Positions 28,154 through 37,776 of a stretch of DNA of 56,450 nucleotides are shown here, piece by piece. The translations under genes were made by a program, and so were the position numbers. This stretch comes from Candidatus Melainabacteria bacterium (GTDB lineage: Bacteria > Cyanobacteriota > Vampirovibrionia > 2-02-FULL-35-15). The stretch is taken from positions 1 to 56,450 of the forward strand of contig JAHFBE010000003.1 in the NCBI GenBank assembly GCA_023250205.1. Direction: 5' to 3'. The notes below the pieces were generated by a model. The model saw nothing but the letters and a program-made list of their open reading frames with translations, had not been told where the DNA came from and searched no databases. Positions within the stretch are counted from its first letter, which is position 1; each line of letters opens with the position of its first letter.

Positions 28154-28837
28154 ATGACAAAATTAGATTTTTATGGATTACACTCATATAAACTGGAAGC
28201 ACAAACATCTCCAGGTAAGCTAATTGTTATTGAAGGGACTGATGGTGTTGGTAGGACTACACAAGCATTAATGCTTAGGTCCTATCTGGAAAGTCAGGGG
28301 TATGCTGTAGTAGATACGGGTGCGGCAAGATCAGAATTAGCTGGTAAGGGGATTAAAAGAGCAAAAGAAGGCCATACCTTAGGTCCTATAACATTGAGTT
28401 TGTTTTATGCAACAGATTTTGCAGATCGATTAGAAAAACAAATTTTACCGGCATTAAAAGCAGGGTTTATTGTATTGAATGATCGCTATATTTACTCTTT
28501 AATAGCTAGAGCTATTGTTCGGGGAGTTGACAGAGGGTGGTTAAAGGAAATTTATGGTACGGCTTTAAAGCCAGATATTGTTTTTTACTTAAAAATTACG
28601 CCAAAAGATTTAATCCCAAGAGTACTTGGGTCAAAAGGATTTAACTATTGGGAAGCTGGTATGGATCTTAAGCTTGGGCAAGATTTATATGAAAGCTTTG
28701 TTAATTATCAGACAAAGTTAATTGGTACATTGGATGAAATGGCAAAAGAATATAATTTTATTGAAATTGATGCTACTAAAGAGCCTCAGGATGTATTCCT
28801 TGACATAAAAAACAAGTTAAGTGATATTTTGGTTTAA
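28154..28837 (+). CDS. tmk: Thymidylate kinase-like protein
   Basis: LIVIEGTDGVGRTTQ, LFYATDFADR, VLNDRYIYS, KPDIVFYL. Confidence 0.8.
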   Translation: MTKLDFYGLHSYKLEAQTSPGKLIVIEGTDGVGRTTQALMLRSYLESQGYAVVDTGAARSELAGKGIKRAKEGHTLGPITLSLFYATDFADRLEKQILPALKAGFIVLNDRYIYSLIARAIVRGVDRGWLKEIYGTALKPDIVFYLKITPKDLIPRVLGSKGFNYWEAGMDLKLGQDLYESFVNYQTKLIGTLDEMAKEYNFIEIDATKEPQDVFLDIKNKLSDILV

Positions 28838-28891
28838 GACCATTTCTGTGGAAACTATTTCTGATTTCTGATACTCTAATTCTCTGAAATT

Positions 28892-28964
28892 GCCGATGTA
28901 GCTCAGTTGGTAGAGCAAGTGCTTCGTAAGCACTGGGTCGCAGGTTCAATTCCTGTCATCGGCT
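28892..28964 (+). tRNA. tRNA-Thr(CGT), CCA not encoded
   Basis: gccgatg/catcggc acceptor stem, agctcagttggtagagc D-arm, agtgc-ttCGTaa-gcact anticodon arm, ggttcaattcc T-loop. Confidence 0.95.
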
Positions 28965-29085
28965 TGAAAAAGATTTTAAGCGAAGATTTTCTGAAAACGA
29001 AAATCTGAGCGTAGTGAAGGAAGTAGACTGTAGATCTGTGCAAAGCTGATTTTAGTCTCTGCTAAAATCAGCGGTGTATAAAAAC

Positions 29086-29137
29086 AGCAAGTGCTTCGTA
29101 AGCACTGGGTCGCAGGTTCAACTCCTGTCATCGGCTT
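29086..29137 (+). repeat. 52-bp direct repeat of the tRNA-Thr 3' part (att-like duplication or pseudo-tRNA)
   Basis: Matches 28914-28965 with one mismatch (aattcc vs aactcc). Confidence 0.92.
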
Positions 29138-29144
29138 TGAAAAT

Positions 29145-30731
29145 ATGCTTACCCGTCGCCAATTTAACAAATTATTATTAGCTACAGCTTTATTCCCTAC
29201 TGTTGCGTGTACTCAATTAAGAAAAACAAATTTTATTCCTGGTGTTCTTAGATTAAATCTAGGTTTTGAACCAGATACACTTGATTGGTTAAAGGCTACA
29301 GACTCTTACTCATTTGATGTGATTACAAATATAATGGTTGGACTTACAAAGTACAACAATGAATTAAAATCCATTCCTTCTTTAGCAAAAGGCTGGAAAA
29401 TATCAAATGACGGAAGGACTTATCATTTCTTGCTGGATAAAGATGCTAAATGGTCAGACGGAAGACCGCTGCTTGCTGAAGACTTCATCTATAGCTGGGA
29501 AAGAATTTTAAATCCAGAAACTGCAGGACCATACGCATACTTACTTTACCCAATAAAAAATGCTGCCTTATATAATACTGGAAAAATCCAAGATCCAAAA
29601 CTGCTTGGGTTTAAAGCGATTAACGATGGTGTTATTGAAGTAAATCTAGAATCACCGCTTGCATTTTTTTTAAATCTCACGTCATGGGCAGTATATTTCC
29701 CTCAAAGAAAAGACATTGTTGAAAAATATAAAGATGACTGGACGGAGCCGCAGAATATGGTGACTTGTGGTCCTTTCTTACTTGACAAATGGAAACATGA
29801 GTATAAGTTGTCCCTTAAAAGAAATCCTTATTATTTAAATCCAATTCCACTCCTTGAGCAAATTAGATATTATATGGTTCCTGAGCAATCCAGTGCATTC
29901 TCTCTTTATTTAAACAATGAGCTTGATTTTATTGACAATAGATCTATTCCAATTAGTGAGATTGAAACAGTAAGGAAAATGCCTGAGACAGAAATCTACC
30001 CCTTGCTTCGAGGAACTTATATCGGTTTTAATGTAAATAAACCCCCATTTGATAACAAATATGTTCGAGCAGCATTTTCTCATGCAATTAACAGAACGGT
30101 TTTCCCAAAAATATTAAAGCGCGAGGAAGCTCCAAGTTCTACCTGGATACCTCCTGGCTTAAAGGATTTCTACTCTCCTGATATAGGTTGTAATTTTGAT
30201 GTGAATAAGGCACGTGAGTTTTTAGCTAAAGCTGGTTTTCCAAATGGAAATAATTTTCCTAAAGTGACAATGCATTTCCCAACCAGAGAAGATGCAAAAT
30301 TAATTGCTGAGTCTGTACAGGCATTATGGAAAAAAATATTAAATGTTGATGTGGAGATCGTTAATCAGGAATGGAAGGTTTACCTCTCTACACTTCAAAG
30401 AGATCCTCCACATATGTTCAGGATGAGCTGGGGAGCTGATTTCCCTGATCCAGATACCTTTATGACTTTATTTACAAGTACTTCAGGAAACAACCATGGC
30501 AGATGGAAGAATAAAACTTATGATGAATTAGTCTTGCAGGCTGCTACTACACTGGACTTATCAAAAAGAAAAATTTTATATAAAAAAGCTCAACAACTTC
30601 TACTGGAAGAAGATATTGCAATTGCACCATTGTTTTTTAATACTCAGGTTTTATTAAATAAGCCATGGGTCAAGAATCTTAAATTTAATGCAATGGATTT
30701 AGTTTTTTGTGAAGATATCGCTGTTAAGTAA
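29145..30731 (+). CDS. oppA: Oligopeptide ABC transporter substrate-binding protein with Tat/lipoprotein-type signal
   Basis: MLTRRQF...FPTVAC signal; EPDTLD, AKWSDG.P..AEDF.YSW.R..NP, GPFLLDKW, WGADFPDPDTF. The ORF-track GTG at 29091 lies in the tRNA repeat, so ATG 29145 is preferred. Confidence 0.92.
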   Translation: MLTRRQFNKLLLATALFPTVACTQLRKTNFIPGVLRLNLGFEPDTLDWLKATDSYSFDVITNIMVGLTKYNNELKSIPSLAKGWKISNDGRTYHFLLDKDAKWSDGRPLLAEDFIYSWERILNPETAGPYAYLLYPIKNAALYNTGKIQDPKLLGFKAINDGVIEVNLESPLAFFLNLTSWAVYFPQRKDIVEKYKDDWTEPQNMVTCGPFLLDKWKHEYKLSLKRNPYYLNPIPLLEQIRYYMVPEQSSAFSLYLNNELDFIDNRSIPISEIETVRKMPETEIYPLLRGTYIGFNVNKPPFDNKYVRAAFSHAINRTVFPKILKREEAPSSTWIPPGLKDFYSPDIGCNFDVNKAREFLAKAGFPNGNNFPKVTMHFPTREDAKLIAESVQALWKKILNVDVEIVNQEWKVYLSTLQRDPPHMFRMSWGADFPDPDTFMTLFTSTSGNNHGRWKNKTYDELVLQAATTLDLSKRKILYKKAQQLLLEEDIAIAPLFFNTQVLLNKPWVKNLKFNAMDLVFCEDIAVK

Positions 30732-31029
30732 TGTTGATAAGAATTGCTAATTTATACTTCTTTGAAGTAAATATCTGTACGACTAAAGATAAGTCTATGG
30801 TACAAATAGTGCTACCCCTAATGAATGTTTTTTAAACATAGAATTTTCATTTTTTTATTAAAGCAGCAAGTGTATTTTAATCAGTAAACATATGCTTTTT
30901 GGCAATATTGCGAATGTTAAGAATATCAACTAAAAATATGAACAATTTTTTTATGATTGCATCTTTGTATTAGATACCATTGTATGGTATGAATAATGTA
31001 AGGTTAATTAAGAGCAGGTAAAGAAAATT

Positions 31030-31443
31030 ATGGCATTGCAAACTCAAACAAAAAGATATAGAGAAGTCACTGATGAATCCGGCAAAGGGAGACAATTATC
31101 CGGTTTGTTCAGTATTATTAGTAACAATCTTTTACTTGCAACAGAAGTCTTAAGAGCTGATTACAAAGTAAAAGCAATCTCAGAATTAGAGTTTCTTTCA
31201 TATGAAGCAAGACTACTTGCAAAAGAATTAGCTTCTCATACATGTAACTTAAGTCATGAGGATTTAATAGAAAAGATTTCTTTTCTTAAAAATAAAATGT
31301 TAGCACTGGTTGGAGATTTGACAAATGAACTTGCAAAATTAGATGCAAATAAAAATTCTGATAAAAGAGCTATTGAAGATTTGATCTTAGCAAAGAGATT
31401 ATTGAGAGACTCCCAAAGAGGATTGGTTACAATTCAGTATTAA
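31030..31443 (+). CDS. Hypothetical alpha-helical protein
   Basis: 137-aa ORF after an AT-rich promoter-like gap; heptad-like leucine pattern. Confidence 0.6.
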   Translation: MALQTQTKRYREVTDESGKGRQLSGLFSIISNNLLLATEVLRADYKVKAISELEFLSYEARLLAKELASHTCNLSHEDLIEKISFLKNKMLALVGDLTNELAKLDANKNSDKRAIEDLILAKRLLRDSQRGLVTIQY

Positions 31444-31448
31444 TATTG

Positions 31449-34400
31449 TTATTGTACGCTTTCTAAAAGCAGGCTTTCTGGTGTGGTGGTTGCTTCTAGT
31501 TTTCCATCCTGAATTTCTTCAGGGAAAACTATTCCCCCAATATCTGCTCCTTTTGGAGTAATAATATTAAATAGTTTTACTCCAGGCTTGAGGTTGTTAC
31601 TATCAATATTTGCATTTAATGAAAGTTTCTTTCCTGTAACTTTAATCCTTGTAATTGTAATTCCATCACTTGGGACAAAAGTAACATTTGTGAAAAAGTT
31701 ACCTTTACCAAAAAGTTTTTGAAGATTTCCGTCGATGCTAGCAACTCTTCCAATAAAGCTCTTTCCGGTTATAGTTAATTTTAATTTTGTACCATTATTC
31801 TTTATTTCCGAAAGAATTGGTTCTTTAATTTGAGGTCTGCTGACAGATTTATTCTTTACTTTAACTTCTGGAGGTGGAGTTATGTTAAGTGCAATAGAAG
31901 CAAGAGAGTCATTGTTATTAATTATTGAGGCATTAGCATTTCCTTCATTTGCATCACTTGGAACGGTAAGTGTAGTTATTAAATCAAGAGGAGTACCGTT
32001 AGTTGTCTGAAATTTGTAAAAATTTCTTGTACTTATAGTCTTATCAATTGTTTTTAGAAAAGCAAAACCAACAATAAATGTTCTTCCTGCTGAGTCAGTT
32101 AAAACTACTGTATATAAAGTCTGTTCATTATCTACAGTGATCACGCTTCCGTTTTCATTATTAAAAGTAACCCCGGATGCAAAAGAAAAACCTTTTGAAA
32201 TAATGGATTGATCTGGATCAGTGTTTGTAACACCTTCTACTGTTGGAGGTTCAATTGTTGCCGGTTCTCCTTCTGGTATAGGCGGTGGGTTTGCAAGCTC
32301 AATGGATGAAGTCTTTCCAATATTTAGGATGTTGCCATTTGTATCAGTTAACCCATCTAAAAGAGCATCATTTAAGTTGTCAAAAGAAGTAGGTAGGGTG
32401 ATGACTTCTTTCGTATTTTGGAAATCAGAACTAGAATTCATTCCTCCAGAGCTTCCTGAGACAGGAGGAGTATATGAAACTTTTATATTTGTAGTGGATT
32501 TATTCCCCACAGAATCTGATGCAATAATTGAAATTAAATTTTCCCCTGGCTTTAATGTTAGATTCTGAGAATATTGATTATTGGCTGATACAGAGAGATT
32601 TTTTCCATTTAATGTAACTGTATCAACTGAAGAATTATCTACTACAGTAAATATTAGTGTAACTATTGAGTTATCTTTGAAAATTTGTCCATTTGATGGA
32701 TTTGTAATGCTGATTGTTGGAGGTGTTGTATCTGCAAGAGTTGGGCTTGAAATCTGCACCTGGCTTTTATTACCTGCTTTGTCGATTACTACAATGCTGA
32801 CAGGGATTGAGGTTACTGTAGTACTGAAATTTACACTTTCACCCTCTGTAAAAGTTACAGGAGTTGAATTAACTATGATAGATGAGATGTTGGTTCCTGT
32901 TCCATTTGCAATACCGGAAACTTTAAATTGTGTTCCACTGCTTTCTATATTTGCTGATACTGTAGGAAGTATAGTATCTAAAATTACCTGAATAGTTTTT
33001 TCTGCAGTATTATTAGTTTTATCTTTAGCAGTGATAGTAATTTGAGCTGGTCCATTAGTAGAAAGTTCTATCTCGCTTGAAAAGTTAACTATATTTGAAA
33101 CTGAGGTAGTATCAGTAGTTAAGGTAGCATTGTTACCACTAACTAATACGCTACTTACTTGAGAACCTGTCCCATCTACTTTTCCTAACACTCTGATTCT
33201 TTTTGTATTGTAAGCAGAAGAATCTTTAGGGGCTAAAACAGTAATTTCTGGGGGGAAAGTATCACTAATAGAACTAGCATCTTTAACAAACTGGAAAAGA
33301 TCCTCGTATTTGCTTGAAGATAATAAACCGCCTGTTATTGATTTTGCAGTTAAAGTAATATCACTTAAACCAGTTTGTGGAGTCTTTGGTGTTACACCGA
33401 TAATAATCTGTCCGGTTCTTGAAATACTAGTAGAAGGAGAACAGACAGAGCCGCCTTTAAAACAAACTTTTACATCATTTGAAAATCGAGTAAGATCAAT
33501 AAAACCGTTAATAGTATAAGAAGTGTCTCCATTAATAGAACCGGTATTCGGTAAAATACTTTTTAATATTGGACCAGAGTTTAGATCAGAAATTATGCTA
33601 ATAGAAGCCTCCGTGTTTGTATTTGGAGTGATAGTATAACGACCAAACGGATCAATTGTTAAAAAACTCTGAGCATTATCAGAAGAAACAGCTAACTCGG
33701 CAATTTGTGATAGATCCTTATAGTTTAAAATCCTCAGCTGTTTCAAACCATTTTTCAGTTCAAGAATATAAATCTTATTTTGATCAGGAGAAATATCTAT
33801 ATCTAATGCAATGCTCTCATCAAGGAATATTGAAGAAGCAGATTGTGAAATAGAATTATCACTTGCAATAATAGATTTATATACTTTAAATCCCGTTGAC
33901 TTTTTAAATACCCCACCAACTGAAATTATTGTTTTTCCATCAGGGCTTATTGTAGAAATTGTAGGACCATCCTGACTTTTATCAAGAATAGAAGGTATAA
34001 GCTTGTTATTAAGCAAATCTACATAATATAGAACATGAATTCCGCCAAAAGAAGAGAGAACAGCTTTATTTCCAGAAAGATCAAAATCAATTCTGTCAAG
34101 AAAATCATCTACTGCAAATCCAAAATCCTCATTAATGCTAAGAGTGGATAATGAATTATTTGCAAGATTATATATAGAAACTGATTGACTCAGATCTGAG
34201 CTATAAGTAATAACTGCTTGTTTTAGATTTGGGGATACACGTACAGACTGTACTTCATCAAATAAAGATGTTCTGTTAGATATAGAATCTGAATCTATAT
34301 CAATGATGACTAATTCTGGAGAAGAAGAGTTTAGTGTTCCTGCAATTAGTTTCTTTCCTTCTGGGGTTAAAAAAACAGGTATGCTAATTTGTGTACTGTT

Positions 34401-34892
34401 TGAACTTATACTTAAAAGTTCTTTTGAAGTATTACTTACAAGGTCTACAACTTGAACTAATGTATCTTCTCCCTCAGTTGCTTCTCTATAGACAAGGGCT
34501 TTAGAATTATTCTGGCTTAAAGAGATATTTAAAAGAGGTGAAACTGATGAATTTTTTTGAGCTAATGGTATGGTTAAAACATCAGTAAAAACCCCAGCAT
34601 TAAAATTGAATTTTCTCAAACTAATAGGACTTTGAGACTCTGCTATTAAAATAAATGAACCGTCACTAGAGATAACAGCATCATTTGGTCTTTTAAAGCA
34701 AGCATTTGTAGTGCATGGCAAGGTAGCTACTTTTTCAAATCTTATATTGCTTATTGTTGAATAATGCTCGTTCAAAAGGATTTTGTCTGTAAATTCTGCT
34801 CTAGCTCCGGAAAACAAGCTGCTTAAAATTATAATTATGGCTAGTAACAAATTAATACTTACAGAATCTTTTATTTTATTTACGGATTTCAT
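31449..34892 (-). CDS. Secreted protein: N-terminal beta-propeller, IPT/TIG domain, several Ig-like (DTxPP) domains
   Basis: Signal-like N-terminus; ISPDG(K/Q)-type blades; GPILKSILPNTGSING; DTFPPEITV, DTILPTV, DTTPPTISI. Confidence 0.8.
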   Translation of the reverse strand: MKSVNKIKDSVSINLLLAIIIILSSLFSGARAEFTDKILLNEHYSTISNIRFEKVATLPCTTNACFKRPNDAVISSDGSFILIAESQSPISLRKFNFNAGVFTDVLTIPLAQKNSSVSPLLNISLSQNNSKALVYREATEGEDTLVQVVDLVSNTSKELLSISSNSTQISIPVFLTPEGKKLIAGTLNSSSPELVIIDIDSDSISNRTSLFDEVQSVRVSPNLKQAVITYSSDLSQSVSIYNLANNSLSTLSINEDFGFAVDDFLDRIDFDLSGNKAVLSSFGGIHVLYYVDLLNNKLIPSILDKSQDGPTISTISPDGKTIISVGGVFKKSTGFKVYKSIIASDNSISQSASSIFLDESIALDIDISPDQNKIYILELKNGLKQLRILNYKDLSQIAELAVSSDNAQSFLTIDPFGRYTITPNTNTEASISIISDLNSGPILKSILPNTGSINGDTSYTINGFIDLTRFSNDVKVCFKGGSVCSPSTSISRTGQIIIGVTPKTPQTGLSDITLTAKSITGGLLSSSKYEDLFQFVKDASSISDTFPPEITVLAPKDSSAYNTKRIRVLGKVDGTGSQVSSVLVSGNNATLTTDTTSVSNIVNFSSEIELSTNGPAQITITAKDKTNNTAEKTIQVILDTILPTVSANIESSGTQFKVSGIANGTGTNISSIIVNSTPVTFTEGESVNFSTTVTSIPVSIVVIDKAGNKSQVQISSPTLADTTPPTISITNPSNGQIFKDNSIVTLIFTVVDNSSVDTVTLNGKNLSVSANNQYSQNLTLKPGENLISIIASDSVGNKSTTNIKVSYTPPVSGSSGGMNSSSDFQNTKEVITLPTSFDNLNDALLDGLTDTNGNILNIGKTSSIELANPPPIPEGEPATIEPPTVEGVTNTDPDQSIISKGFSFASGVTFNNENGSVITVDNEQTLYTVVLTDSAGRTFIVGFAFLKTIDKTISTRNFYKFQTTNGTPLDLITTLTVPSDANEGNANASIINNNDSLASIALNITPPPEVKVKNKSVSRPQIKEPILSEIKNNGTKLKLTITGKSFIGRVASIDGNLQKLFGKGNFFTNVTFVPSDGITITRIKVTGKKLSLNANIDSNNLKPGVKLFNIITPKGADIGGIVFPEEIQDGKLEATTTPESLLLESVQ

Positions 34893-34961
34893 ATTTAATT
34901 GGTTAAAAACCTATAGGAATGCATTTGCTTATGTTCTACCAGTCTGTTTAATTTTTCCTAT

Positions 34962-35065
34962 CGCCTTCCTTGCTCATTCTTCGCTTGTCAGGCTTTGCAT
35001 AGTGCATCTAGAGAGCTTCTTGTAATGTTATCCAGATTTTACCGAATAAATCGGATAAAATCTTA
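34962..35065 (-). repeat. 104-bp structured dispersed element, copy A
   Basis: Its reverse complement aligns with 42026-42129; contains the hairpin agattttatccga-tttat-tcggtaaaatct. Confidence 0.88.
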
Positions 35066-35156
35066 TTTTATAAACAGCTTATTTCGAAATGTTACACTAG
35101 CTAGGTAATAACATTTGTGATCCCTGACACTTTAATATTAATATAAAAATTTCTTT

Positions 35157-35840
35157 ATGAACAATCGCACAGCTGCAAGAGAAATAGTGATTTTGGCCCT
35201 CCCACAATTGCCAAAAGATAATACTAAACTGTCAAAATTAGGATTTGAAGAAATTATCCTTTCGTTAAGCAGATCATTAGGTGACTATGCGAAGAAAAAT
35301 TTGACCTCCGTGTCATTAGATCTTCAAAAAATAGATAAGTTCTTATTAAATGCTGAAATAGAGCATCCTGACAATGAAGAGCGTACTTCACAGATAAAAC
35401 CAGTTTTAATTCCGGATACGAAAATCTTAAAAGAGCAAGTCGAAGCAATTAAATTTGCTGCTACTGAGCTTGTTAATATTCTAGAACTTCCTGAGTTAGT
35501 TATTCATATAGGGCAAAAGCCAACAATAGAATATGCAATGTTGCTTTTTGAAAATTATTTAAACAACAAAGATAAAGTTAATGAAACTATTGAACAGGCA
35601 GCACAACACCGAGATAAAGATAAAAAGTGGAAATTAAGTAGAATGGTTCGATTAGATAGAGACATTTTAAGAATCGCATCAATAGAGCTTTTGTTTTTAA
35701 AAGATACTCCTACTGAAGTTATTTGTGATGAAGCAGTAAAAATTGCAGATAAGTATGGTGGCGATGAGAGTAAGAAATTTGTTAATGGTGTTTTGAGAGA
35801 TATTGTTGAGCTTTCTAGGGGTCAAAAAGCAGCTTTATAA
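35157..35840 (+). CDS. nusB: Transcription antitermination factor NusB with long internal insertion
   Basis: MNNRTAAREIV; WKLSRMVRLDRDILRIA, CDEAVKIADKYGGDESKKFVNGVL. Confidence 0.9.
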   Translation: MNNRTAAREIVILALPQLPKDNTKLSKLGFEEIILSLSRSLGDYAKKNLTSVSLDLQKIDKFLLNAEIEHPDNEERTSQIKPVLIPDTKILKEQVEAIKFAATELVNILELPELVIHIGQKPTIEYAMLLFENYLNNKDKVNETIEQAAQHRDKDKKWKLSRMVRLDRDILRIASIELLFLKDTPTEVICDEAVKIADKYGGDESKKFVNGVLRDIVELSRGQKAAL

Positions 35841-37048
35841 ATGCTCTCTACCATTTCTTTTGTAACAGGCTGAAGAGGATTTGTTATGGCTGCAATGTCA
35901 TTTATTGCATTAGGTACCATTACTGCAATGTCACTTTCCTTTACTCCACACTCGCTAAGTCTTGCTGAAATCCCAATATCTTTATTTAGCTTCTCAATTT
36001 CTGAGATAAATTTTTCACTTGCACCTGCTTCATCACTGGAAAAAGGATCAAACCCAAAAGATGTAGCCATTATGGCATATTTTGGTGCTGCAACTTTTTT
36101 GTTTGCTCTTAAGACGTGTGGGAGCATTATTGCATTTGCAAGTCCATGAGGAAGATTACACTGAGCTGATAACTGATGTGAACATGCGTGTACTAAGCCA
36201 ACTGACTTTTGGTTAAATGCCATTCCGGCAATGGTAGCTGCAAGAGACATATTGATTTTGGGAATTGCATCTTGCCCGTTTAAATATGCTTTTTTAAGAT
36301 TTTGATAGATGAGCGCAATTGCCTGAAGCGAAAACATGTCAGCGACAGGATTTACTCTAAGAGAAATAAAAGCTTCTATTGCATGCGTTAGTGCATCCAT
36401 TCCGCACATAGCTGTAAGTTTCTGAGGACATGACATGGTGAGCTGAGGATCTACAAGAGCAATTGTGGAAATCAGTGGGTAACCTAAAATAGTAATTTTT
36501 TCGTGTTCACTTGAAATCATTGCAACTATCGAGACTTCAGAACCAGTTCCACTTGTAGTTGGAATACTGATTTGTGGTGGTAACATTTCATGAATAGCCA
36601 TTATTGTAGATTTTGTTGCATTGTAATCAGAGGGCTTTCCTCCTTGCTTGGCTATAAGTCTTATAATTTTTGCTGCATCAATAACGCTTCCACCGCCAAT
36701 TGCAATTACTGTGTCTGAGTTTGTACTTTTAAATCTTTCAGCTCCTTTAATAATTGTTTCTTCATTTGGGTTAGGTTCAATTTCATTAAATATGGTAGAT
36801 TTAACCCCACTTATTTCTAAATATTTTTGAATTTTAGAGGGAAAACCAAGTTTTTCAATCTCTAAATCTGTAACTATAAAAACATTTTTTGCTTTTAAAA
36901 ACAGAGATAAAAACCCTACTCTGTTTAAGCAGCCATATCCAAAAATAATTTGCGGTGCAAAACTAAAACCAATTACTCCTGTGTCCAGAATCTGACCTTT
37001 AATAGAAGGATCAATTAATGGAAGATTTATTTCATCTGTAACAGGCAT
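35822..37048 (-). CDS. Iron-containing alcohol dehydrogenase
   Basis: IGGGSVID, PTTSGTGSE, GMDALTHAIEA, GLVHACSH...HGLANA. Confidence 0.93.
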   Translation of the reverse strand: MPVTDEINLPLIDPSIKGQILDTGVIGFSFAPQIIFGYGCLNRVGFLSLFLKAKNVFIVTDLEIEKLGFPSKIQKYLEISGVKSTIFNEIEPNPNEETIIKGAERFKSTNSDTVIAIGGGSVIDAAKIIRLIAKQGGKPSDYNATKSTIMAIHEMLPPQISIPTTSGTGSEVSIVAMISSEHEKITILGYPLISTIALVDPQLTMSCPQKLTAMCGMDALTHAIEAFISLRVNPVADMFSLQAIALIYQNLKKAYLNGQDAIPKINMSLAATIAGMAFNQKSVGLVHACSHQLSAQCNLPHGLANAIMLPHVLRANKKVAAPKYAIMATSFGFDPFSSDEAGASEKFISEIEKLNKDIGISARLSECGVKESDIAVMVPNAINDIAAITNPLQPVTKEMVESIYKAAF

Positions 37049-37090
37049 AGGATATATTCTAACCGTACAGGCAGCAAATTTTATGAAAAC

Positions 37091-37561
37091 TTATATTTCC
37101 AAATACATCCTTGCATCGTCAAGCTCAGTTAAAGATCGCTCATCTGTAGAGAAATCTGCTGCAATAGTATGTTTTGCTGCAGGAAACCCACCCCATGGAC
37201 CCTGGAATAAGCGAGCTAATGCAGCACCAGTTTTATTTGATGTATCTATTAAGAAAATGATTTTAGGATCTGTTTTCCCTTCTGTTGGTACTCCTATAGT
37301 ACTATCTCTTCCAAGCTCTCTACTAACCGCAACATTGTAATTTTTATCAATTGCTTTTACTAATGGTCCAAGTGTTTCCATTAAATCCTCTGTACTATCA
37401 CTATCTTTAACTGTATATGTATCTGTAGAAATTACTAAGACAGATCCTTTTTCTTGAGCTTTACTTGTTTGAAGAAATTTTTGTGCCACCAAAACTGGCT
37501 GTGAAAGACTGCTTCCATGTGCAATAACAACGACATCCTTTAACGAATTAAGGTTAATCAT
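37091..37561 (-). CDS. Hypothetical protein
   Basis: 156-aa ORF with aaagga SD upstream; alpha/beta-like pattern; family not recognised. Confidence 0.6.
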   Translation of the reverse strand: MINLNSLKDVVVIAHGSSLSQPVLVAQKFLQTSKAQEKGSVLVISTDTYTVKDSDSTEDLMETLGPLVKAIDKNYNVAVSRELGRDSTIGVPTEGKTDPKIIFLIDTSNKTGAALARLFQGPWGGFPAAKHTIAADFSTDERSLTELDDARMYLEI

Positions 37562-37776
37562 ATTAATATTGTCCTTTCAATAACTGTATTAAAACATAGG
37601 ATACAGTATTTGTTTATTTTTGTGGTTAAGAGATTAATAGAGAAATGTCTTCAGTTGTTTTTTTATCGGAGGTTATAAGAACATCATCTATATAATTTTT
37701 GTGATTTATTTAAATACATTTTAAATATTAAGATGATCTGTTAGTTTATTCTCAATATAAAAACACTAAGGATTTT

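Noticed and set aside
29091-29144. GTG start and N-terminal extension of oppA; also ORF 28976-29170
   Set aside because: These translate the tRNA duplicate; the Tat/lipoprotein signal begins at ATG 29145.
28966-31443. Prophage or genomic island at tRNA-Thr
   Set aside because: The two att-like copies enclose only 120 bp, and no integrase or phage genes are nearby.
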